Made by a program: the position numbers and the translations under genes. A stretch of DNA of 59,217 nucleotides from Candidatus Woesearchaeota archaeon (GTDB taxonomy: Archaea; Nanobdellota; Nanobdellia; Woesearchaeales; GW2011-AR9). Positions 27,274 to 35,424 of the stretch are shown piece by piece. The notes beneath the pieces were generated by a model. That model searched no databases. It saw only the letters and a program-made list of their open reading frames with translations, and was not told the origin of the DNA. Within the stretch, counting starts at the first letter, position 1; each line of letters begins with the position of its first letter. The stretch covers positions 1 through 59,217 of the forward strand of contig JAZDQB010000014.1 in assembly GCA_043797205.1 (NCBI GenBank). The letters are read 5' to 3'.

Positions 27274-28011
27274 CTAGTTTGAAGTGTCTGTTTCCTGTTT
27301 TCCCCTAAATGGATCCATTACCGCCAGATCGTACAAAGCAGACATACAGCAATCACGTTGGGGGTGGTTGATACGTGGATCGAAGACTGCCACATTTAGC
27401 GGCTTTCTTCCTCCAGTTAATCTAGGTAATATGATAGAAGGATCATCTTCTAATCCCGGGGAATAGTTATGCCTAAATCTATCCGAGAATAAGACGTAAG
27501 CCTTATCCATGGTATTTTCCAACATCGGATTAAAAATGGCCGGTGCAGTAAGATAAGGCACTCGAGTACCGTCTCTCATCCACAGTGTTTCTAAATACAG
27601 ATCAGCAACTGTTTCTGGTGAAGAATCAGCTGTTTCTAACCTAATCCTACCTTCTTGAAGTTTTTTAATCTCTTCTGGAGTGGCTCTTGATCGGTCAAAA
27701 TATGCTGCATTCGTGATGAGCTCGGGAGCCCTAAATTCTACCAAGCGGATAGGATTGTCTGTTTCAAATTCTTTTTCTACTAAATCAGTTTGACTTCCGT
27801 AACGTGTTCTCATTTCAATTAACATCATCAATTCTGGTCTCAATCTTTCTAGAAATCTATAACGGGTTTCATCCCGTCTTTCATAACGAGTACCCTCATA
27901 CTGACAACCGTCTTCTCCATAAACAGCAATATAAAATGGTAACTCCTGTCCTTTTAGTAATTTGATTACTTCCCTTGTTGCTTCTTCCATTGATACCATT
28001 TTTATTTTCAT
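27274..28011 (-). CDS. hypothetical protein (245 aa), compositionally atypical
   Basis: The start was reassigned to MKIKMVSMEE, giving an ATGA overlap with the upstream gene stop at 28008-28010. The protein is R/E-rich and I recognised no motif. Confidence 0.5.
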   Translation of the reverse strand: MKIKMVSMEEATREVIKLLKGQELPFYIAVYGEDGCQYEGTRYERRDETRYRFLERLRPELMMLIEMRTRYGSQTDLVEKEFETDNPIRLVEFRAPELITNAAYFDRSRATPEEIKKLQEGRIRLETADSSPETVADLYLETLWMRDGTRVPYLTAPAIFNPMLENTMDKAYVLFSDRFRHNYSPGLEDDPSIILPRLTGGRKPLNVAVFDPRINHPQRDCCMSALYDLAVMDPFRGKQETDTSN

Positions 28012-28925
28012 CCCCTCACAATCTCTACTTTCCATTCGGGAAGCTTTTCTCGAGCAAGGTAATCTTCCAGCAGCACTTGAATTATGGCTAGCGGGTATCC
28101 TTCTGCTTTTCCCCAACAACCTCTACCTACTTCCTTAGCAATAGTGCGAATTTTATCTTTATCTTCTATAATCATTTGGGTATTTTCCATATTCAAATCA
28201 GTTAACCCCAAGGTTATTCCCCTTTCTCCGGGTTTAATTCTTAGAACCTGATATTCCAAATTGACTTCTATGTCTGTTCCGCCGTAATAGTTTACAGCAC
28301 GTCTTTCTTTTTCTTTTCCACCTACTCGAGTGAAAAAATGTTTTCCATCCCTGGCTCTGACGTGAGCTTCAAGCGCAGTTTCTAATCCTTGAGCAGAAAT
28401 CTCTTGATGTAAACCAGCGATAATTTGTAGGTCTGCTACTCCTTCTCTAGCTAAAGTTGACACGACGCGAAGAAGATATCTTTCTTTAAAGTTCGGCTGT
28501 TCTTCATTTAAATTATCTTCGCGAACTGTTTCTTCAAAAAGGCCTACTCTAATTTGTATCGTTTTAACGGGATAAGTCATTTGGGAAATTTCTTTTCTTC
28601 TTTGACAATATTTTTTTATTTCTTCAGGATTGGTTATTCCCTCTGTTTCACGTAGGCGTAGCCAAGGAATTCCTATAGCTACTGTTTTTCTGGCTTCTTC
28701 TCCAAATAATCTTCTCACTTGATCCAATTGGTCTAAGAATTCTGGGCGATCTTCTACTCTGCTGAGAGTAGCATCTCGAATTAGCTCTGCGCCATAGAAA
28801 TGTAAAGCTTCTTGGATTTCCGGTACTACAGCTCCTTCTAATATATCTCTGAGTTCTAATACTTTATCTGTTCTATCTTTACTGCCGTAAACTTTTATTT
28901 CTGGAATGTCTAGGTATTCGGTCAT
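28008..28925 (-). CDS. hypothetical protein (305 aa), compositionally atypical
   Basis: A long ORF translationally coupled to the downstream gene. I recognised no motif. Confidence 0.5.
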   Translation of the reverse strand: MTEYLDIPEIKVYGSKDRTDKVLELRDILEGAVVPEIQEALHFYGAELIRDATLSRVEDRPEFLDQLDQVRRLFGEEARKTVAIGIPWLRLRETEGITNPEEIKKYCQRRKEISQMTYPVKTIQIRVGLFEETVREDNLNEEQPNFKERYLLRVVSTLAREGVADLQIIAGLHQEISAQGLETALEAHVRARDGKHFFTRVGGKEKERRAVNYYGGTDIEVNLEYQVLRIKPGERGITLGLTDLNMENTQMIIEDKDKIRTIAKEVGRGCWGKAEGYPLAIIQVLLEDYLAREKLPEWKVEIVRG

Positions 28926-29083
28926 TTTTTATTTCACTCCCCTATCATCTTTATTACTAATCAATAGTGACTTAATAGTTGATTCTTATATTTATAATTA
29001 ATCTTTAAAAAATATAAAAAAGCGACAAATTTAAATAGCAATTATGTTTATTATTAATAAAATGAACTCAATTCACCTTTGCT

Positions 29084-30058
29084 ATGAAAAATATCGACCT
29101 CATCGACCGGAAGATTTTATCCGAATTGGACTTTAATAGCCGGCAGCCGTTTTCGCTCCTTGCTAAGAAAGTACGCTGTTCTCGTACCGTGGCCGAGTAC
29201 CGCGTAAGACGGATGCGAGAAGAAGGTATTATCAGTTCTCTGGCTGCTTTCGTGGATCCGGCCAAATTCGGCTATACCAGCTGGAAAGTTTACGTGCAAT
29301 TTCAGGAGCATAACCTACCATTTTTGCACCAGATAGAAGAGTATCTTAAGAATCATCCCAAATTCTGGTGGGTAATCAAGTGCGAAGGAAGTTTTGACTT
29401 AATGTTTTGTGTTCTAGCTAAAAGCGTGCATGATTTTTATCAGGAATTGGACGCTTTCCAGATGAAGTTCAGCAAATATGAATCTAGAATCGAGATCACT
29501 TCTCATATTAATCCCGATTTCTTTTCTCGCGGTTATCTCTTGAATAAAGAATCAAAGAAAGTATGCGCTACTTTTCTGAAAGAGCCTTCGGTAGATAAGG
29601 TGGATGAAATAGATTTGAAAATATTAAAGATGCTGCTGCAGGATGCTCGCCTTCCCTCTACTGAAATGGCTTTAAAGCTTAAAACTACTCCGCGCATCAT
29701 CAATTATCGTATCAAAGAACTACTGAAAAGAAAGATCATTACTCATTTCCGTCTGATTCCTAACGTGAATAAATTAGGGATGGATTATTACAAAGTTATG
29801 CTGGGCTTGAAAGATTTGAACTCTCAGCAGCAGGCTAAACTGCGTCAATATTTAGAGGTGCATCCAAATATTATTAACTATTCCAATTCTTGGGGACCAT
29901 GGGAGATGGAGTTTGAAGCGGAGATAGAAGGATTTAAGGAATTGACTAATTTGATTAATAAGATTCGGGAAGAATTCTCTGAGATTATTAAGAAAGTAGA
30001 ATTTGTCTTGATTACTGAAGAGTTTAAGGCCAATAATGATTTTTTGGATGTTAAATAA
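29084..30058 (+). CDS. tandem-duplicated Lrp/AsnC-family transcriptional regulator
   Basis: Two HTH-plus-effector units are present: IDRKILSELDFNSRQPFSLLAKKVRCSRTVAEYRVRRMREEGII and IDLKILKMLLQDARLPSTEMALKLKTTPRIINYRIKELLKRKII. Confidence 0.75.
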   Translation: MKNIDLIDRKILSELDFNSRQPFSLLAKKVRCSRTVAEYRVRRMREEGIISSLAAFVDPAKFGYTSWKVYVQFQEHNLPFLHQIEEYLKNHPKFWWVIKCEGSFDLMFCVLAKSVHDFYQELDAFQMKFSKYESRIEITSHINPDFFSRGYLLNKESKKVCATFLKEPSVDKVDEIDLKILKMLLQDARLPSTEMALKLKTTPRIINYRIKELLKRKIITHFRLIPNVNKLGMDYYKVMLGLKDLNSQQQAKLRQYLEVHPNIINYSNSWGPWEMEFEAEIEGFKELTNLINKIREEFSEIIKKVEFVLITEEFKANNDFLDVK

Positions 30059-30365
30059 TAATGCCTTCTTTAACCGCTTCTCTAACTATACCCATCTCTT
30101 TCTTCTTTTTGTTAAATTCTTCTGGAGTATAACATAAAATATCCATCGCTGCCGGAATGTTCCTTTTTAGAAAATAAGCTTTTGCGTATCTATCTAAGAA
30201 CTTCTGTTTCTTGAACTTTTCACTTACTAAAATAAAGTCATAATCGCTATCTTTCTTAGCTGTACCTTTAGCCCTAGAACCAAATAAATATACCTGACAA
30301 TCCGGATACTCTTCTTTTGCAATCTTGGCAAAAGAATTCACTATTTTAGCTGTTTTTTGGTCCAT
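30051..30365 (-). CDS. minimal nucleotidyltransferase (MNT antitoxin-type)
   Basis: YLFGSRAKGTAKKDSDYDFILV carries the GS..D-x-D signature. Confidence 0.75.
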   Translation of the reverse strand: MDQKTAKIVNSFAKIAKEEYPDCQVYLFGSRAKGTAKKDSDYDFILVSEKFKKQKFLDRYAKAYFLKRNIPAAMDILCYTPEEFNKKKKEMGIVREAVKEGIII

Positions 30366-30721
30366 TTTAATATTATTTTAGTTTTATCTAAGTATTCTTG
30401 CGCTAGAACTGAATTGTAAAATTTTGAAGGAATTTCTGGTGCAGCTCCGGGGTAACGAGAGAAAATGTATGCTGAAGTAATTCTACTAGCGATTAAAATA
30501 ATCTCTTCTGGCGTCTTAGTCTGACGACATAGTTCGGTTAAATCATGTATCTTCGGTGCTAACTTGTTATTCTGATAAATATAAACTGCTTTTAACGCTT
30601 TTTCAGCAGCTTGCTGGCATAAAAAGGCAGTAACATAAAAAGTCTTACTTTTAAAATTTAAAGTAGCAGAACGATAGTCTTCTTCCGCTTGTTCTATCCA
30701 CATCTCTGCATCTTTATTCAT
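30341..30721 (-). CDS. HEPN domain protein (toxin-type partner of the MNT)
   Basis: The sequence pattern AEEDYRSA..FYVTAFLCQQAAEKALKA..KIHDLTELC..SRYPG fits HEPN. It overlaps the downstream NTase gene. Confidence 0.7.
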   Translation of the reverse strand: MNKDAEMWIEQAEEDYRSATLNFKSKTFYVTAFLCQQAAEKALKAVYIYQNNKLAPKIHDLTELCRQTKTPEEIILIASRITSAYIFSRYPGAAPEIPSKFYNSVLAQEYLDKTKIILKWTKKQLK

Positions 30722-30743
30722 AAAGTATTAATAATCATTCCAT

Positions 30744-31457
30744 TTATAATATTTTCCACATATTTTTAAAATATTCTGCATGAATCTGGCTTAGCTGTCT
30801 TGATTTTATCAAATATCCTACGGGCTTGGTTTCCCAAGTGAAAAAGCAGATTTTCCTGTTACAAATGCTAATGTTGGAAGGAATAGGTAAGTTAGTGTAT
30901 TTCATCTGCAGATATTTTCTTCCTTCAAACAACTTTTTTTCTTCTTTGGGAGCAATGCCTTTAACAACTAATCCTTTTTCTTTTCTCTTCAAATCGTAAT
31001 TTAAGAAGAATTTTTGGATTTCTTCATTCTGCTTCGGAACATTAATGGCAAAGAAAAGGTACTCTTCCCCTTTCTTGGCATCTTCAATTAAAAGGTTAAG
31101 CATAGTGATAACGCCTTTAGTTCCTTCAAAAATTTCTGCTTCTTGCCTTTCTTCAGCTAGCTTTTGCTTCAATTCTAATTCTGGCAGAATCTCTTGAATT
31201 TTTCTTTTCTTATCTTCAACAAACTCGAGCAATAGTTTTGGAGGGACGGCTTGATAGTGTTTAATCTTCCCTTTTTTGATATAGGTGATCAATCCTTTAT
31301 CGATTAAGCTGTTTACAGAATTATGCACGGCAGAGCTGGCCATCCCCGATTTCTCAATAATTGTGCCGACTTTAGTCGAGCCGGTTTCTAAGAGTGTAAG
31401 GTAGACTTTAATCTCTCCTTGGCTTAGTCCGAGGTTTTCCAAGATGGAAGTGTCCAT
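30744..31457 (-). CDS. TrmB-family transcriptional regulator
   Basis: The N-terminal wHTH reads LENLGLSQGEIKVYLTLLETGSTKVGTIIEKSGMASSAVHNSVNSLIDKGLITY. Confidence 0.75.
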   Translation of the reverse strand: MDTSILENLGLSQGEIKVYLTLLETGSTKVGTIIEKSGMASSAVHNSVNSLIDKGLITYIKKGKIKHYQAVPPKLLLEFVEDKKRKIQEILPELELKQKLAEERQEAEIFEGTKGVITMLNLLIEDAKKGEEYLFFAINVPKQNEEIQKFFLNYDLKRKEKGLVVKGIAPKEEKKLFEGRKYLQMKYTNLPIPSNISICNRKICFFTWETKPVGYLIKSRQLSQIHAEYFKNMWKIL

Positions 31458-31468
31458 GGTAGTTAGAG

Positions 31469-31591
31469 TTTATTTAGCATCATCAGTTCGAAATACTTTC
31501 GATAGCATCTTCGGGAGTGGTAAGGGGTTGTCCCTTACGGGGATGCCACTTTTACAATGCCTCTGCGAGTATTTCGAAGATGCTAAACAAA
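31469..31591 (+). repeat. R-element copy 2 (plus orientation)
   Basis: The outer helix is TTTAGCATC (31473-81)/GATGCTAAA (31579-87), the 5-nt bulge is ATCAG, and the inner 11-bp helix is TTCGAAATACT/AGTATTTCGAA. The core is GGGGTTGTCCCTTACGGGGATGCC. Confidence 0.7.
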
Positions 31592-31714
31592 TAGTTTGCT
31601 TCTATTTAAACCTTTCTAAATAACTCTCTAAATTTGGAGAGTTAGTGTTTAAATACAAACTTAATACTACTAACTCATAACAAAAATAGAATTAAAACAA
31701 AAAGGTGAAGTAAA

Positions 31715-32035
31715 ATGACTGATAAAAAATTCATGACTAAAAAAGATTTAGAAGGAGAATTATTTGGTTTACGGGATAGGTTATGTGAAATCATTGAGGA
31801 GTATGCGGTAAGAGAGAGGGAAGAGGGGAGAAGTATGGTTCAGGGAGCAATTGCATTAGGTTTAGGTCTCATTATTTCTTCTGGTGCAAGCTTTGCTTTA
31901 GTCGTGAATGAACACCCATTTATTGCCGCTGCAACTTTATTTGGCGGTACCGCTGGTTCTGTCTATGGAAGTTATCGTCTGGCAACAAGATATTTAGATG
32001 AGATTGAAAGGAATCAAGGAGGGAAAGAAAAATGA
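31715..32035 (+). CDS. hypothetical membrane protein (106 aa)
   Basis: It has two Gly/Ala-rich hydrophobic segments (GAIALGLGLIISSGASFALV and FIAAATLFGGTAGSVYG). Confidence 0.4.
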   Translation: MTDKKFMTKKDLEGELFGLRDRLCEIIEEYAVREREEGRSMVQGAIALGLGLIISSGASFALVVNEHPFIAAATLFGGTAGSVYGSYRLATRYLDEIERNQGGKEK

Positions 32036-32352
32036 AAACTAAAAATATACTTTTAGCCGGAATTTGTGCTGTAATAGCAGGTTGCTCTCTACAGCAAGAG
32101 GAATGCCATTGGCGTCCGCGAGCTGCTGACATGGGCGCATGGGTTGAGAAGAAAGAAATTCACGGAGAATGTATTGGAGGAGATTATATTGCCAGACATT
32201 TTACTGATTATGCTCCGTTGGGCAGTTTGGATGAAGTACTAATGGTTCGAAGAGATGATACCAGAATTGTTCTTCACCGAGGAGATGCTGGATTCGAAGA
32301 GCAGGAAAGAACTTATTTAGGAAAGATATATCCTCATTATTTGGGAGATTGA
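32032..32352 (+). CDS. small lipoprotein-like protein with a bacterial-type lipobox
   Basis: The N-terminus is MKTKNILLAGICAVIAGCSL. It has an ATGA overlap with the upstream ORF. Confidence 0.45.
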   Translation: MKTKNILLAGICAVIAGCSLQQEECHWRPRAADMGAWVEKKEIHGECIGGDYIARHFTDYAPLGSLDEVLMVRRDDTRIVLHRGDAGFEEQERTYLGKIYPHYLGD

Positions 32353-32403
32353 TTTAGTCTCCCGTTAATATATTAACATAATAGTCCTTTTATTTTATTC
32401 TGG

Positions 32404-32964
32404 TTAATTCATTAACATCAGTTTCCGGCGAGTGTATTTTATTTTCCATTGCTCCAGCACTTCCTGCATCTCTTTATCTTTCTCCAAGGGGATAAGAAAA
32501 GCACTATTTGAAACAAATTCACCGCTAAACTTCTTTACCAGCCCTTCTGAACCATTCCTTCCCCTTAATAAGTAAACAAAACGGACTTTCTTGCTGGGCG
32601 CCTCTGGGGATAAATCATAAGCATAAAGTAATTTTGGCATCAGCCCATAAGCTTCAGACAGCTTTTTTCCAGTAAGGATGCTTGCACCTTCGAAGAAGAT
32701 GGTTTTTGAGAGGGAATGGACTTCCTGAAAAAAGTTTTCAGCATTTAGAAAATTAATATGGTATTTTTCTCCTAACAACGATTCAACTTCTCTAACTAAT
32801 TTTAAGTTTGGCTTGTCTTTAAATATCAGGCAGATATCAATATCATGTGGGGCAAGTTTTCCTTTTACTGCCGATCCAAATATCAAAATATCTATTAGTT
32901 CCTCTTTCCATCTATTTTTCCAATTATTCTTTAACTGAGAAAATTTTTTTGAGTCTTTCCACAC
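32404..32964 (-). CDS. nucleotidyltransferase domain protein (186 aa)
   Basis: ILIFGSAVKGKLAPHDIDICLIF carries the GS..D-x-D signature. Confidence 0.7.
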   Translation of the reverse strand: MWKDSKKFSQLKNNWKNRWKEELIDILIFGSAVKGKLAPHDIDICLIFKDKPNLKLVREVESLLGEKYHINFLNAENFFQEVHSLSKTIFFEGASILTGKKLSEAYGLMPKLLYAYDLSPEAPSKKVRFVYLLRGRNGSEGLVKKFSGEFVSNSAFLIPLEKDKEMQEVLEQWKIKYTRRKLMLMN

Positions 32965-33268
32965 TTTCTTTTAACCTCTGAACCTGTTCTTTATGGATAC
33001 GCAGGTTGTAACTGTCGGTATATTCTCTAAACAAAGGAGAAATCAGGCTGTAAGCTTCTTTATAATGAACTTCTAAAAACAAGAACCTTTCCTTGTGGTT
33101 CTTTGGAAGCAATCCTTGTAATTTATATATTTGATAATCACAAAGAATAGCAATGGCCTTGAAGTAAGATGAAATGGCTGGATTATACCGTTGTTCCTGA
33201 TAATCCCTTTCTGCACTAGCCAAAAATTCTTTGAAATTGTTCAGCAAGTCTTCGGTTATCGCCGTCAT
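32924..33268 (-). CDS. HEPN-like helical protein partnered with the downstream NTase
   Basis: The AERDYQEQRYNPAISSYFKAIAILCDY pattern fits HEPN. It overlaps the NTase gene by 41 nt. Confidence 0.5.
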   Translation of the reverse strand: MTAITEDLLNNFKEFLASAERDYQEQRYNPAISSYFKAIAILCDYQIYKLQGLLPKNHKERFLFLEVHYKEAYSLISPLFREYTDSYNLRIHKEQVQRLKESVERLKKIFSVKE

Positions 33269-33357
33269 TTAATGCGTTAACAGTTAGCAACTATTTAAGG
33301 CTTTTGGTTAATTCGTTAAAGGAGCGTAATCATGGGGAGATTTAAGGAAACAAAAAA

Positions 33358-33602
33358 TAAAAGCGGGCCTACTGGTCAATAAGGGCAGACTGCCCTTATC
33401 AACCCTCAGGCTTACGCAATTTAACGGGCCTACAGGGACTTTCTCAAATCATGAAATAAATCATAACTTGCTTCGAACCCTGATTTAACGGTATCTTGCC
33501 AGCACCTGCTCGTCTCATCGCTAGTACTGGACCGAAGCCGTTTGTTCTTTTTGGCTACTGCCCAATTGCTTAAGCAGTGTATCCATTATACTATAGGCCC
33601 GC
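33358..33602 (-). ncRNA. candidate structured ncRNA of ~245 nt, identity unresolved
   Basis: The termini pair over 9 bp (GCGGGCCTA at 33602-33594 on the minus strand with TAGGCCCGC at 33371-33363). There are several internal hairpins, including the 9-bp stem ATAAGGGCA/TGCCCTTAT and a cUUCGg loop. A T-run follows directly on the minus strand and a TATA-like box lies ~24 nt upstream. Confidence 0.55.
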
Positions 33603-33620
33603 ACACTTCTAAAACTTTAA

Positions 33621-33631
33621 GCTATTTTTAA
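33621..33631 (-). promoter_or_regulatory. TATA-like box (TTAAAAATAGC on the minus strand) upstream of the ncRNA candidate
   Basis: It is centred ~24 nt upstream of the first paired G at 33602. Confidence 0.4.
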
Positions 33632-33846
33632 TCCTTTCGTTAGTTATCTCTGAAAAAACAAAGCGAGGATAAATCATTACCTTTTACCTCTTTCACCACT
33701 TCTCTTAGTATCTATATATATTTTATAGTGTTTATGGAAAAGGTATATATAAGATTAATATTATCTAAGTAGTGTGCGCGGAAATTAATCTGAATTGTGG
33801 AAATGGGTGTTGGCGCAGAGAGGGTGTTGAATCTTATTTTAGGTAG

Positions 33847-34173
33847 ATGGGGGTGAATACTATGGGTAGGTCAGAACATCGCTGTATGGAATGTGATGAA
33901 GGGATTAGTAATCCTATTTGTTCGGAATGCCTGGCCCAGAGAATGCGAATGGTAATCGGAGAAGAGAATCGCCGTTTAGCTCGAGCGATTAAAGGGATAG
34001 CTACTTCTGGAGCAACAGTTTGTCTTTTCTGCGGAAAAGGAGTAGGGGTTTGTGCCCATTGTTTCAGCCAAGATGTGCTGGAATATTTAGAAGAGAAAAA
34101 TTTTCCTTTAGCCCAAATGTTCAAAAGCCAGTTTGATTTCGATTTAAGACATAGAAGTATCGATTTTGATTAA
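33847..34173 (+). CDS. Cys-rich zinc-ribbon-like protein, hypothetical
   Basis: Two C-x2-C pairs are present, CMECDEG..CSEC and CLFCGKG..CAHC. The GC content looks higher than the surroundings. Confidence 0.4.
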   Translation: MGVNTMGRSEHRCMECDEGISNPICSECLAQRMRMVIGEENRRLARAIKGIATSGATVCLFCGKGVGVCAHCFSQDVLEYLEEKNFPLAQMFKSQFDFDLRHRSIDFD

Positions 34174-34247
34174 AGGAAATCGAAAAGGAGTATGTTTATA
34201 CTTCTCTTAGGCTAAGCTTTATATAAAGAATATTTTTCTTAATAGAT

Positions 34248-35396
34248 ATGTCCCTTTTTAAAATTCAGCATAAAGAAAAGCATACTAAAGCGCGCACCGG
34301 AATCATCTCTACTCCGCATGGAAAGATTCATACGCCCGCCTTTATTCCGGTAGCTACGCAAGCTACTATCAAGGCGTTAACTCCACAACAAATCAACGAG
34401 ATTGGTTTTGATTCAGTGTTGTGTAACACTTATCACCTTTTTCTTCGTCCCGGAGCAGATTTAGTAAAAAAGATGGGGGGAGTAGCTAAATTCATGTCTT
34501 GGTATAAGCCCACCTTTACCGACTCAGGGGGATTTCAAGTCTTCTCTCTGAAAGATAAGCTCTGTGAAGTGGATAACGAAGGAGTTACCTTCAAGTCTTT
34601 TATCGACCAATCTCAACATCGTTTCACTCCGGAGATTAGTATGCGGGTGCAAAAAAAGCTTGGGGCAGACTTAGTTTTTACTTTTGACCAATGTTTAGAT
34701 ATCAATGCTGATTATGAAACGACGAAAAGGTCTTTGGAAAGAACCCATACTTGGGCTGCACGCAGTTTAAAAGAATTTAAAAAATTAAACAAGGACAAGA
34801 CTCAAGCACTTTATGGTATCGTGCAGGGAGGAAGATTTACTAAACTACGAGAAGAATCGGCTAAATTTATTGCTCAATTGGATTTTGATGCTATTGGAAT
34901 AGGAAGTATTTTTGGAGATCCGAAAGAAGAGAGTAAGAAATTAGTGCAGCATGCTTTGAAATTCTTACCTTATAATAAAACTAAACATCTGTTAGGGATT
35001 GGAGCGGTGGAAGATATTTTTACTTATGTAGAATTAGGAATGGATACTTTCGATTGTGTGCTTCCGACCAGATTAGCGCGAGTGGGATATATCTATCTTC
35101 GTCCAGAATCCGGCGGAAGGCACGAAAATAAGTTTCGGTATCGAATTACTAATCTTCGGTATGTTTTGGACAAATCACCTTTAGACAAAAATTGTGGGTG
35201 TTATGTATGTAAGAATTTTACTCGTAGCTATATTCGCTATTTATTCAAAGCGGATGAACTGCTAGCTTATACTTTAGCTACATATCATAATTTGTATTTC
35301 TTCTCTAAGCTGATGGAAGAGATTAGAGGAGCGATTGATGCGGATAAATTCTTGCAGTTGAAGAAGAAGTGGATGAAATCTTTTCAAAAGGTTTAA
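34248..35396 (+). CDS. tgt: tRNA-guanine transglycosylase, catalytic-domain-only form (382 aa)
   Basis: Motifs FTDSGGFQVFSL, LYGIVQGG and the zinc site CGCYVCKNFTRSYIRYL..YHN are present. There is no C-terminal PUA extension. Confidence 0.85.
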   Translation: MSLFKIQHKEKHTKARTGIISTPHGKIHTPAFIPVATQATIKALTPQQINEIGFDSVLCNTYHLFLRPGADLVKKMGGVAKFMSWYKPTFTDSGGFQVFSLKDKLCEVDNEGVTFKSFIDQSQHRFTPEISMRVQKKLGADLVFTFDQCLDINADYETTKRSLERTHTWAARSLKEFKKLNKDKTQALYGIVQGGRFTKLREESAKFIAQLDFDAIGIGSIFGDPKEESKKLVQHALKFLPYNKTKHLLGIGAVEDIFTYVELGMDTFDCVLPTRLARVGYIYLRPESGGRHENKFRYRITNLRYVLDKSPLDKNCGCYVCKNFTRSYIRYLFKADELLAYTLATYHNLYFFSKLMEEIRGAIDADKFLQLKKKWMKSFQKV

Positions 35397-35424
35397 AAAT
35401 AGCTCCTTTTCTAGCTCTTTTGAA

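Noticed and set aside
33358-33602. Calling the structured RNA candidate RNase P RNA because of GAGAAAGUCCC.
   Set aside because: The CR-I-like box lies near the 3' end instead of the 5' third. The only GGCUUAC-like string is on the opposite strand. I could not build a P4 helix by hand. The identity is left open pending a covariance-model search.
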